DNA of 64,000 nucleotides from Bacteroidales bacterium UBA4181 (lineage in GTDB: Bacteria > Bacteroidota > Bacteroidia > Bacteroidales > UBA4181): the NCBI GenBank assembly GCA_002380425.1, contig DFUR01000035.1, forward strand, positions 27,668 through 91,667, written 5' to 3'. The first letter of the stretch is position 1, and each line of letters begins with the position of its first letter. A program made the position numbers and the translations under genes. Below the pieces are notes generated by a model that was given only the letters and a program-made list of their open reading frames with translations, was not told the origin of the DNA and did no database searches. Shown piece after piece: positions 19,622 through 27,844 of the stretch.

Positions 19622-20893
19622 CTAAAAATTGAATGACAAGGTCAGTTGAAAACGGGCATTGGTGACAGCGTGTTCGTTGGTGATGGTCCCCCGGGTTCCG
19701 GGAACTACCTCTCCGAACCATGCGGTGGAGATTTCAGCCTCGGCGCCGAACTGGAACTGATTGAGGGTGTGCAGGATGTGCGGGGCAAACCGGGTCATTT
19801 GCTTCATGCCGGGCTCTCTCCCGAAGAATCCGGAAGCTCCGGCGGGGACGGTCCTGGTAGTTCCCAGATTGCGGATGTATCCGGCAAACAGTCCGGCCCT
19901 CCAGCGCTTCCCGTAGGTGATGTTGATCCAGTTGGAAAGGTGTTGGGTGGGGGTGTAGCGTTCCCGTCCGGTTGTGGGGTCCGTTGCGTGAATACCATAC
20001 CCGCCGAACATGAAGGATTCGTACATGTTCTGTCCGTAGAGGGATTCGGCTTTGAGCTGAAATTTGTCGCGGGTGTAGGAAATCCATCCCTGCCCCGAGA
20101 AAGTGGTCAGCTTCGTGGAAGTCTTGTACTTGAGGTTGCCCGCCCCGGTGGTGAAGTTTCTGGGCTGAATGGTTTTGGTTTCACCGGCAAGCCCAATTTG
20201 GAAGTTTTTTCCATAGCGGACGGACAGTGTCATCTCGGGCAGCAGGGTGTTCCTTTGGTATTCGGAACTTTTCACAGCAGCAAGCGGTCCGGGCGAGGCA
20301 TAGTCCGCCTGATAGACATGGGCCAGGGTGAACAGAAAGTTCCCGGCACGGTGCTCCAGTCTGAGTTGGGGGCTCCGGTTGAAGGCCCAGAAAGGGGCCC
20401 CGGTATTGAGGCCAATGACGGTGGGCGTCAGGTTGGACGACAGCGGATGCCACGCCTGTCCCACCAGAAGCCGGGTTTTTTCCCAGTCCAGTTGCATATA
20501 GGCCTGACGCAGTCGGACCCCGCTGGTCCCGCTGAGTACGCTGGTGAAGTCAAACTCAATGTAGGCCTGGGTTGCGGCTCCGATGAACTGTGGTCCGAAA
20601 AACCGTGTTGTGAGCCGGGATGCCAGGGCGGCATATCCCACTTTCCCGTTGGCATTGATGTCTTTCCCGGCGGCATCGTAGGATGGTGCCAGAGGGTAGA
20701 ACGTAAACAAGCCTTCGGCGGCTTCGCTGGTTTGGCGGGAGTCCATCAGGAAGTCTGTTCTCAGGAACCCTCCGACGGTAAGGGACAGGTCTTTACCCAG
20801 GGTGAGCGATCCGGTGTTCTGGGCGTTTGCGGTGCTGTTGAGCAAAAAAATGGCAAGCAGCAGGGTCAGTGGCAAAAAGCAGCTTCGGTTCAT
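19622..20893 (-). CDS. Outer-membrane beta-barrel, porin-like protein.
   Basis: The ORF is 19622..20923. The start is placed at ATG 20893, giving signal peptide MNRSCFLPLTLLLAIFLLNSTANAQ. Amphipathic beta-strands alternate throughout, and the protein ends with a C-terminal aromatic residue (LTLSFNF). No specific porin family was recognised. Confidence 0.6.
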   Translation of the reverse strand: MNRSCFLPLTLLLAIFLLNSTANAQNTGSLTLGKDLSLTVGGFLRTDFLMDSRQTSEAAEGLFTFYPLAPSYDAAGKDINANGKVGYAALASRLTTRFFGPQFIGAATQAYIEFDFTSVLSGTSGVRLRQAYMQLDWEKTRLLVGQAWHPLSSNLTPTVIGLNTGAPFWAFNRSPQLRLEHRAGNFLFTLAHVYQADYASPGPLAAVKSSEYQRNTLLPEMTLSVRYGKNFQIGLAGETKTIQPRNFTTGAGNLKYKTSTKLTTFSGQGWISYTRDKFQLKAESLYGQNMYESFMFGGYGIHATDPTTGRERYTPTQHLSNWINITYGKRWRAGLFAGYIRNLGTTRTVPAGASGFFGREPGMKQMTRFAPHILHTLNQFQFGAEAEISTAWFGEVVPGTRGTITNEHAVTNARFQLTLSFNF

Positions 20894-20921
20894 CGTTATG
20901 TATTTGTTGGGGTAGGTACAC

Positions 20922-20953
20922 AAAAAAAACTGCCCTCTGTTTGGGAAGGCAGT
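20922..20953 (-). terminator. Intrinsic terminator after the small lipoprotein gene.
   Basis: The minus strand reads ACTGCCTTC-CCAAACA-GAGGGCAGT followed by TTTTTTTT (the plus-strand A-run at 20922-20929). It lies 37 nt downstream of the stop at 20990. Confidence 0.6.
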
Positions 20954-20989
20954 CCATTCTTTGTTTTGGCAGTCGCCTGGAACTGTAAC

Positions 20990-21181
20990 TTACTGAGCTA
21001 CAACGGGAGCAACAACAGCAGAGGAGTCAACAGCGGTGGTGTCTACAGCGTTGGTGTCCACAGGAACAACAACGGTAGAATCAACAGCCAAAGTGTCAGC
21101 ACTCTCAGCAGGTTGGTTACTGGATCCGCAGGCAGCAAGGAAAGCCAACGCGAAAAGACCGGCTAAAATTTTTGCTTTCAT
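20990..21181 (-). CDS. Small lipoprotein (63 aa) with a Val/Asp/Thr-rich repetitive tail.
   Basis: Lipobox MKAKILAGLFALAFLAAC|GSS. The tail carries VDST/VDTN/VDTT/VDSS repeats. The gene has its own -7 box upstream and its own terminator downstream. Confidence 0.6.
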   Translation of the reverse strand: MKAKILAGLFALAFLAACGSSNQPAESADTLAVDSTVVVPVDTNAVDTTAVDSSAVVAPVVAQ

Positions 21182-21221
21182 GGTGGTTCAAAGATTTAAT
21201 CAGGTTTGAAATATGAGTCCG

Positions 21222-21229
21222 CAAATATA
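21222..21229 (-). promoter_or_regulatory. -7 promoter box (TATATTTG on the minus strand) for the small lipoprotein gene.
   Basis: The plus strand reads CAAATATA, which is an exact TAnnTTTG on the minus strand, 41 nt upstream of start 21181. Confidence 0.4.
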
Positions 21230-21287
21230 TGAAGTTTCAAAGCATCAAACACAATTTTTTGGATTTTTTTTGAAAAAAATTCGTTTT

Positions 21288-21992
21288 TCAGGATTCGTCG
21301 GAAGTTTTTTCGGATTTTCGGTCTCTTCCGGAGACCATAAGGACCATTTCTCCCTTCAATGCATCCCTCTGCTGGAGGATGTCTTTGATTTCCTGAAGTG
21401 TACCCCGGATGGTCTCTTCAAACTTCTTGGACAGTTCCCTGCAGAGGCATGCCTTTCTGTCAGGTCCCATGATTCCGATCATTTCTTCCAGAGTCCGGAT
21501 TACCCGGAAAGGAGACTCAAAAAGGATGAGGGTGCGGGTTTCGGCAGCCAGTTCCTGGAGTCTTTTTTGCCTTCCTTTCTTGACAGGCAGGAACCCTTCA
21601 AAGCAAAACCGCTCACAGGGCAGGCCCGATTGAACCAGAGCGGGGACAAATGACGTTGGCCCGGGCAGACATTCCACCGGGATGTCTGCATCCACGCAGG
21701 CCCTGACCAGCAGGAATCCCGGGTCGGAGATGGACGGAGTGCCTGCATCGGAGACCAGTGCCAGGGTTTCTCCGAGCCGAAGCCGTTCCACCAATTGTTC
21801 CAGAGCCTTGTGTTCATTGAATTTGTGAAATGGCTGCATCTTTTTTTCGATGCCCAGATGCCGCAACAAAAAACCGCTGGTACGGGTGTCTTCGGCCAGG
21901 ACACTGTCCACTTCCTTCAGGACCCTGATGGCCCTAAGGGTGATGTCTTCCAGATTGCCTACGGGGGTAGGCACTACATATAATTTACCCAT
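21288..21992 (-). CDS. rsmI: 16S rRNA (cytidine1402-2'-O)-methyltransferase.
   Basis: The ORF is 21288..22055. The start is placed at ATG 21992 (MGKLYVVPTPVGNLEDITLRAIRVLKEVDSVLAEDTR), which is the canonical RsmI N-terminus and lies 4 nt after the upstream gene's stop. Confidence 0.9.
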   Translation of the reverse strand: MGKLYVVPTPVGNLEDITLRAIRVLKEVDSVLAEDTRTSGFLLRHLGIEKKMQPFHKFNEHKALEQLVERLRLGETLALVSDAGTPSISDPGFLLVRACVDADIPVECLPGPTSFVPALVQSGLPCERFCFEGFLPVKKGRQKRLQELAAETRTLILFESPFRVIRTLEEMIGIMGPDRKACLCRELSKKFEETIRGTLQEIKDILQQRDALKGEMVLMVSGRDRKSEKTSDES

Positions 21993-21996
21993 AGCT

Positions 21997-24414
21997 TCAG
22001 GAATGTCGGCGTTTGACGAGGTCCAGAAATTTTTGTACTGCAGGCAAGGATTCATCCCACTGAAACCGGGAATGCAGCCACTCCAGGGCTTCTTCGAGAT
22101 TCCGGGATTGATTTATTCGGGCCACGGTCTGTTGATAGAGCGAGGGGTTGCTCTTGAAGAGCTCCCGGGTGAACAGGAATTTGTCGTTCAGGCCGATGCC
22201 TGCGGCAAGGTCTCTTAAGGGCGCTTGCTGCAAGGCCTGAGCCATATCTACCCCGGAATGATGTTCGGCCAGCAGGTCGTTGACGCACGCTTTGGTGACA
22301 GACGCAGGCTCATGCACCGGAGGCTGATGGCTCTGAGGCACCTCATGGATGGGTTGTGCCGGTTCGGGAACGGGTTCGGGAACGGGTTCGGGAACGGGTT
22401 CGGGTGCAGGTACAGGTTCGCTTGCGGATGGATGCAGGAGCATGCGGGCCTGTTCCAGACGTTCGGAGAATTCCTGACACAGCTGACAAAAGAACGGGTT
22501 GCCTCCAGCGTCCCCACGGACCTGTTCGAAATCTTCTTTCCGGATGTTTTCGCTGCCGTCAATACCATAGCCGATAGAGGCTGTCCCCGCAAATTCCCGA
22601 ACAGCATCTGCCCGGACCATCTGCTCCCAGAGTTTCTCCGCTTCCTCCCATCGTTTCAGAATAGCTTTCAGGTCGCTCAGGCCTCCGGGCATGGCCTCAC
22701 AGTGGTTTCGGATGAGGGGCGCCAAAGCCGCCCTGCCCCGGGTGTTAAAGATGCTGCCGGCTTCGCGGAGTGCCTCTTCAAGTGCGGGAAGACTGTTAAT
22801 CCGTCTTTCCTCCAGTTCTTTGCAGAGGTGTTCCATGGTTTGCCGGGGGGCAAACATTCCGGCCACATCAATCCATGGTTCGGGGGCACTATCGGTGGGG
22901 ATATGGTCCCACAATCCTTCGGGGGTGACCGGGGGAGCCCCGGATGTGGTGTCCCGGGTGGAAGTTGACCGATTCAGCCACAGGGAGATTTCCATCCCTG
23001 TGAGCCGGTCCATATAGGTCGAGTACACCTTGATGCCCCTTTCGAGGGAAGTTTTTTTCATCCGGACTCCCTGAAAGTCGATGTACTCCTTTCCTTGGCA
23101 ATCTTTGCAGAAAGCGTTCAGTACTTCCAGGCCGTGGGCCACCGAACCTGCCAGATAAGGGCTGAACAGATCGTTGTGAACGATATCTCTGAGGTCCGTC
23201 CCGGACCGGCGATCTCTGGTGGCCCATTTGTACAAGTCCCTGAGCGTTCCGGTGTTCATCAGGTTGGCACCTGGACTGAGGAAAGAGATGCCATCCTTTT
23301 CGGCAATAACCGAGAAGGGAAAATCCCGGGTGTCGAAGTGGCCGTGATGATGTCCCTTGACCAGAGTAAACGGAGCGGTCCGGCAAGGCCACATGAGATA
23401 GGTGTCGCTACCGGTTTTGGAGCCTCGGCCTAATATGCCCTGATGAACGGGTCCGAGCCGGTACATATGGTTGCTCTGGTTGGTCCCGCTTCCTGCGTTG
23501 AAGAAGGAGTAGTAACCGGCAATCAGCAGAGTGGATTTATGGTGGGTGACGGTATAGGGCCCCGCGAAGACCGAGCAGGCCTCCCCGTGAAAGGCTTCGC
23601 AATTGGCGAAGAAGAGGGAATTGGTCGCGGAAAACTGTGCCCCGATCTGGCAGCCCTGTCCCACAAAACAACGCTTGAGGATGGCACCGTCTGTAACCGT
23701 CGCACCGGAACACAGGATGAACTCGTCCAGAATGGTGCCATCGCCCACCATTGTGGGGACTTCGGCACTGCTAAGGATCGTTCCCTCAGTGGCCCGGATT
23801 ACCCCCTGAAGGGTCGCATGGGCGCCGATGCGTAGATTCATGAGTCGTCCGCAATGCAACAGCCGGGCTCCTTCGCCGACAGTGCCTGTGGCAGAGGCAA
23901 CGCTACGCGCGTGTTGTTCGATGATATCTGAGAGTGCGGTCAGGGTGCCCGGTCTGTGCCGGTACATGGCCAGAAGATAGGCTATCTGGGCCGTGAGCCT
24001 GTCGGAAAGGGGAACCTCCCTGCCTCCGGCTTCGTTCAGCACCGGAACCCGGATCCCGTTTCCGAAACGGCTCAGTCCCCGTGTAGAGAGCTGGGCTACA
24101 TTCTCAATAATGGCATTGTCCCCGATGGTGTATCGGTTGATGCCTCCCGGGACATCAGCAATGTAGACATTGTCTCCGATGGTACATTCGCACAGGGTGG
24201 TGCGGTACACTCCGGAATGAATTGGAATCCCCTCCGGTTCGGCCATTAATTGCTGGGTCCCGATGCGAACCTGGCCGACAAAATGAACCCCCCGGATGTA
24301 CTCCGGGGAAAAATCCGGAGCAACCTGCACCAGGCTCCAGTCAGCGCAGGTGCATGCCTGGCCGGTGAGTTGCATGATTTCTTGGGGATTCAGGGCTCTG
24401 TAGATAGGTTCCAT
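21997..24414 (-). CDS. DUF4954-like left-handed beta-helix protein with a Pro-rich PEPV linker and an extra C-terminal helical domain.
   Basis: The ORF is 21997..24474. The start is placed at ATG 24414 (MEPIYRALNPQEIMQL...ADWSLVQV), 11 nt after the upstream stop. Hexapeptide-like turns are seen (IGDNVYI, IGDNAII, VGDGTIL, VTDGAIL, IGAQFSA). The linker reads SEPVPAPEPVPEPVPEPVPEPAQP, and a ~110-aa tail follows (GIGLNDKFLFTRELFKSNPSLYQQ...). The family call is from memory and the function is unknown. Confidence 0.6.
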   Translation of the reverse strand: MEPIYRALNPQEIMQLTGQACTCADWSLVQVAPDFSPEYIRGVHFVGQVRIGTQQLMAEPEGIPIHSGVYRTTLCECTIGDNVYIADVPGGINRYTIGDNAIIENVAQLSTRGLSRFGNGIRVPVLNEAGGREVPLSDRLTAQIAYLLAMYRHRPGTLTALSDIIEQHARSVASATGTVGEGARLLHCGRLMNLRIGAHATLQGVIRATEGTILSSAEVPTMVGDGTILDEFILCSGATVTDGAILKRCFVGQGCQIGAQFSATNSLFFANCEAFHGEACSVFAGPYTVTHHKSTLLIAGYYSFFNAGSGTNQSNHMYRLGPVHQGILGRGSKTGSDTYLMWPCRTAPFTLVKGHHHGHFDTRDFPFSVIAEKDGISFLSPGANLMNTGTLRDLYKWATRDRRSGTDLRDIVHNDLFSPYLAGSVAHGLEVLNAFCKDCQGKEYIDFQGVRMKKTSLERGIKVYSTYMDRLTGMEISLWLNRSTSTRDTTSGAPPVTPEGLWDHIPTDSAPEPWIDVAGMFAPRQTMEHLCKELEERRINSLPALEEALREAGSIFNTRGRAALAPLIRNHCEAMPGGLSDLKAILKRWEEAEKLWEQMVRADAVREFAGTASIGYGIDGSENIRKEDFEQVRGDAGGNPFFCQLCQEFSERLEQARMLLHPSASEPVPAPEPVPEPVPEPVPEPAQPIHEVPQSHQPPVHEPASVTKACVNDLLAEHHSGVDMAQALQQAPLRDLAAGIGLNDKFLFTRELFKSNPSLYQQTVARINQSRNLEEALEWLHSRFQWDESLPAVQKFLDLVKRRHS
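22359..22420. repeat. Tandem 12-nt repeat, about 5 units of GGTTCGGGAACG (the last two degenerate), coding the PEPV linker of the DUF4954-like protein.
   Basis: Read directly: ccGGTTCGGGAACGGGTTCGGGAACGGGTTCGGGAACGGGTTCGGGTGCAGGTACAGGTTCG. The unit is in frame (a multiple of 3). Confidence 0.9.
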
Positions 24415-24425
24415 CTTCTGCACAG

Positions 24426-25631
24426 TTAAAAACGTTTGAAGAATTTGTGGACCGGGTACCAGGTGGTGAACCACCCGGTAATGCCCACCGCCATGAGGGT
24501 GTAGAACAAGTCCATTGCCCGGAGTCTCACCGGGTAGGCGCTGATGATAAAGTTGCCGTCACCCTGAAGTTTCAGCAACCCATATTGTTGTTGCAGCCAG
24601 CACAGCAGAACCCCCAGCAGGATGCCTCCGAGCGCACCAGCCAGGGAGATCAGCATGCCCTCCCAGAGGAACACCTTTCGGATGAGGGTGTCTGTGGCGC
24701 CGAGATTCCTCAGGGTGTGCATGTCTCGTTCTTTTTCGAGGATGAGCATGGAGAGCGTTCCGGTAACATTGAAGGAGGCTACCAGCAGGATAAACACCAG
24801 AATCATGAATCCGGCCCATTTTTCGTAATTCATGATCTTGTAAAACAACTCCTTTTGCTGGAACCGGTTCTTAACGGCAAAGCGGTCTCCGGCAATTTGT
24901 GCAATCTTTTGCCGGGCAGCTTCCGCATCCGCTTCGGGCCGGAGCCGGATTTCAATGGCGTCGGCAACGGAATCCTTTCCTGTGAGCTGGCGAAGCGTTT
25001 CGATGGGTAGCAGCACATATTGGTTGGCTTCTTCCTCAAGGGCAAAGACACCCGCGACCGGTAGCGTGATGCGGTGAAAATACTCTGATGGGTCCAGAGG
25101 GAGGCCAGAGCCTCCGCGGAGCAGGAAGAACTCAACCGGGAGTGCATTGTCAGGATCGGCCTGCAGATTGATCGCAACCGTCTGCCCAAGCAAGGCATAG
25201 GGCATTCCGTTCTGTTCCAGTGATGAGGTGCCCCGGGACATATACCGATGGAGTTCGGTCCCCCGGATGTAGTTTTCGTCCACCCCCTTGAGCAGCGGAA
25301 GGTCCTGATAATCCCTGTGTCGCGCCAGAGCGTGCTCCTGAAGCGTCACCGATACCGATGAGATTTCCGGGTCGGAATGCAGTTGCTGCACAAGAGCAGC
25401 CGGAGGGGTGAAGTTCTTGCCCTGAGCCAGCACGATCTTGAGGTCTGGGTCAAACGCATGGTACATACTCCTGATAAGGTCGTCGAATCCGTTGAATACC
25501 GAAAGGACGACGACCAGGGACATCGTGGTAACCATCACCCCCGCCACCGAGATGGCAGAAATCACGTTGATGGCATGGTACGACTTTTTGGCGAACAAAT
25601 ACCTGAACGCAATCTGGAGGGCGAGCTTCAT
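24426..25631 (-). CDS. FtsX-like ABC transporter permease (LolC/LolE family).
   Basis: 401 aa. N-terminus MKLALQIAFRYLFAKKSYHAINVISAISVAGVMVTTMSLVVVLSVFNGF, a large periplasmic loop, and three C-terminal TM helices. Confidence 0.8.
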   Translation of the reverse strand: MKLALQIAFRYLFAKKSYHAINVISAISVAGVMVTTMSLVVVLSVFNGFDDLIRSMYHAFDPDLKIVLAQGKNFTPPAALVQQLHSDPEISSVSVTLQEHALARHRDYQDLPLLKGVDENYIRGTELHRYMSRGTSSLEQNGMPYALLGQTVAINLQADPDNALPVEFFLLRGGSGLPLDPSEYFHRITLPVAGVFALEEEANQYVLLPIETLRQLTGKDSVADAIEIRLRPEADAEAARQKIAQIAGDRFAVKNRFQQKELFYKIMNYEKWAGFMILVFILLVASFNVTGTLSMLILEKERDMHTLRNLGATDTLIRKVFLWEGMLISLAGALGGILLGVLLCWLQQQYGLLKLQGDGNFIISAYPVRLRAMDLFYTLMAVGITGWFTTWYPVHKFFKRF

Positions 25632-25637
25632 GTATGT

Positions 25638-26444
25638 TTATTTTCGGGCGACCACAACCAACCCGGTTCCGGACCGGTGCCTGAACCGGGTGTCAAACCA
25701 GTTCAGTATCAGTATGAAAACACCCATTGCTGCAAAATATGGAACCAGCACTACGCACAGAACCCGGCTAATGCTAAGGAGCAACATGGGGAATTTGATG
25801 GAAAGTACCCAGGAAAGATGTCCCGGAAAGCCGTAAGAGTATTTGGAGTCAATTTCCTTAAAGCCCGCAGCCTGAAGTTTTCGGGTGATGTCCACCCGGC
25901 TGTACCCATTGCGCACATGCTCCCCGATGAAGGACTCCCCGCCGGGATGGCCTGCATCCGAACCGCCTTGGTCCGATGGAGTGGAGAGCACAAGAAATCC
26001 TCTGTCTGTAAGGGCATCGTACAGGTTCCTGAAAACAGCCTCATCTTCTTCAATATGTTCCATCACATCCACAGAGAGAATCAGGTCATAGGAGCGGGGC
26101 TCCGAAAACCGTGTGAGATCGGCTACTTCAAACTGAACATGGTTGCGTCCGGCTCGTGGGAAGAAGTCAGTGCAGTCGGCGATTTGCTCCTCCTTTACAT
26201 CGACCCCCTTCAGGATCCAGCGGCGGGATAACCCGGAGAGATAAAACAAGTACTGTCCAAACCCTGACCCGGCATCAAGGATTCGGGCTGTCTCGGGAAG
26301 CAGGGGACGAATGGCCCTGATCTCCCTCTTGATGTGCCAGGTGCGAAGCAACACCAAATCCAGCAGCAGGTACAGAAGCTTACGGAACCATGGATGACGG
26401 CGTCCCCATTTTCCTACCTCATGTTTCAGCGGATCGTACTTCAT
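25638..26444 (-). CDS. Class I SAM-dependent methyltransferase with a C-terminal membrane anchor.
   Basis: 268 aa. SAM motif I ILDAGSGFGQY is present. The C-terminal hydrophobic segments are SWVLSIKFPMLLLSI and VLVPYFAAMGVFILILNWF. Confidence 0.75.
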   Translation of the reverse strand: MKYDPLKHEVGKWGRRHPWFRKLLYLLLDLVLLRTWHIKREIRAIRPLLPETARILDAGSGFGQYLFYLSGLSRRWILKGVDVKEEQIADCTDFFPRAGRNHVQFEVADLTRFSEPRSYDLILSVDVMEHIEEDEAVFRNLYDALTDRGFLVLSTPSDQGGSDAGHPGGESFIGEHVRNGYSRVDITRKLQAAGFKEIDSKYSYGFPGHLSWVLSIKFPMLLLSISRVLCVVLVPYFAAMGVFILILNWFDTRFRHRSGTGLVVVARK

Positions 26445-26445
26445 A

Positions 26446-26784
26446 TCAGTGCTTTAAAAGGTCGTCAATTCTTTCGGCGTAGTCAAGGCTGTCATCCAGG
26501 AAAAACACAAGTTCCGGAATAATCCGCAACTGATGCCGCACCCGGTTGCCCAGAATCATGCGGATGTTTTTGGCGTTTTGCCGGATGGCTTCGAGGGTTT
26601 GTTCGCGCTGTGCGGCCGGGAAAATGCTGACATACACCCTGGCCACGCTGAGGTCGGGGCTGATGCGAACAACGGTAACCGTGATGAGTTGGCCCGGTGC
26701 CAGGGTGGCATTCATTTTTTGCAGGATGTCGCTGAGGTCTTTCAGCAACAGCCGGGCTACTTTATTTTGGCGAGTTGTCTCCAT
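26446..26784 (-). CDS. rbfA: Ribosome-binding factor A.
   Basis: 112 aa. Motifs seen: RQNKVARLLLKDLSDIL...ITVTVVRISPDLSVARVYVS, IRMILGNRVRHQLRIIPEL.F..D. Confidence 0.9.
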   Translation of the reverse strand: METTRQNKVARLLLKDLSDILQKMNATLAPGQLITVTVVRISPDLSVARVYVSIFPAAQREQTLEAIRQNAKNIRMILGNRVRHQLRIIPELVFFLDDSLDYAERIDDLLKH

Positions 26785-26800
26785 TTGTGGGAACTATTTC

Positions 26801-26808
26801 TAATTTTG
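26801..26808 (+). promoter_or_regulatory. -7 promoter box (TAATTTTG) for trpS.
   Basis: Exact TAnnTTTG match 39 nt upstream of ATG 26847. It overlaps the palindrome TTTGCAAA. Confidence 0.45.
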
Positions 26809-26846
26809 CAAATTTGGTGATTCTTTGTCAATATATTGCAATCTAT

Positions 26847-27833
26847 ATGGAAACAGTTTTAAGCGGTATTCGTTCCACAGGCAACCTGCACATCGGGAAT
26901 TATCTGGGAGCCCTGCGCAATTTTGTGCGGATGCAGCACGACTACCGTTGCTTTTTTTTCATCGCTGACCTGCATTCTCTCACGACCCATCCTCACCCCG
27001 ACGATTTTCACGGAAACGTGCGCCGGATTCTGGCCCAATACCTGGCTGCGGGCATTGATCCTGAGGCTTCTACCCTGTATGTACAGAGTGATGTCCCTGA
27101 GATCACTGAGTTGTATTTGCTGCTGAATATGATTGCCTATACCGGCGAACTGGAACGCACGACCACCTTCAAGGACAAAATCAGGCTTCAGCCGGGAAAC
27201 ATCAATGCCGGGCTGCTTACCTATCCGGTGCTGATGGCCGCGGACATTCTCATTCACAGGTCTCATAAGGTGCCTGTGGGAAAGGATCAGGAACAGCATC
27301 TGGAGTTGACCCGGGTATTTGCCCGGCGGTTCAATAATCTGTATCAATGTGAAGTATTCCCCGAGCCTGTCGCCTTCAACTTTGGCGAAGAGCTGATCAA
27401 AGTTCCGGGTTTGGACGGGAGTGGCAAAATGGGCAAGAGCGAAGGCAACGGCATATACCTGGTGGAGGATCCCAAGTCCATCCGCAAAAAGGTGATGAGC
27501 GCTGTCACCGATTCCGGTCCGGTGCCCGGCCAGCCTATGAGTGAGCCCATCAGCAATCTTTTCACCATTCTTTCGTTGGTGGCTGCTCCCGAAACAGTGC
27601 GCTTCTTTGAAGAACAGTACGCAGCGGGCACTATCCGCTACGGTGATCTCAAGAAACAACTCTCTGAGGACATCATTGGTTTCCTAACGCCCATACGGGA
27701 AAGATACCTGAGCATTGAGTCGGACAGCGACTATCTGAGGAAGGTGGCCGCCCTCGGGAAGGATAAGGCGCGTGAGAGTGCCCGTGCCACGCTCGACCTG
27801 GTTCGGAGTGCTGTTGGGTTTAAATCATTCTAA
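26847..27833 (+). CDS. trpS: Tryptophan--tRNA ligase.
   Basis: The ORF is 26775..27833. The start is placed at ATG 26847 (METVLSGIRSTGNLHIGNYLGAL), downstream of the -7 box. A HIGH-like HIGN and a KMSKS-like KMGKS are present. Confidence 0.93.
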   Translation: METVLSGIRSTGNLHIGNYLGALRNFVRMQHDYRCFFFIADLHSLTTHPHPDDFHGNVRRILAQYLAAGIDPEASTLYVQSDVPEITELYLLLNMIAYTGELERTTTFKDKIRLQPGNINAGLLTYPVLMAADILIHRSHKVPVGKDQEQHLELTRVFARRFNNLYQCEVFPEPVAFNFGEELIKVPGLDGSGKMGKSEGNGIYLVEDPKSIRKKVMSAVTDSGPVPGQPMSEPISNLFTILSLVAAPETVRFFEEQYAAGTIRYGDLKKQLSEDIIGFLTPIRERYLSIESDSDYLRKVAALGKDKARESARATLDLVRSAVGFKSF

Positions 27834-27844
27834 GTTTTTATATC

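Noticed and set aside
19646-21166. A 506-aa + strand ORF spanning, in antisense, the porin gene, the intergenic terminator and the small lipoprotein gene.
   Set aside because: Its composition (G/P/V/S-rich, no recognisable motifs) marks it as a shadow ORF. The minus-strand genes have signal peptides, a C-terminal aromatic barrel signature and their own regulatory signals.
21213-21653. A 146-aa + strand ORF starting in the rsmI-lipoprotein intergenic gap.
   Set aside because: Most of it is antisense to the well-supported rsmI gene. It has an F/S/G-rich low-complexity N-terminus derived from an A/T homopolymer region, and no promoter box.
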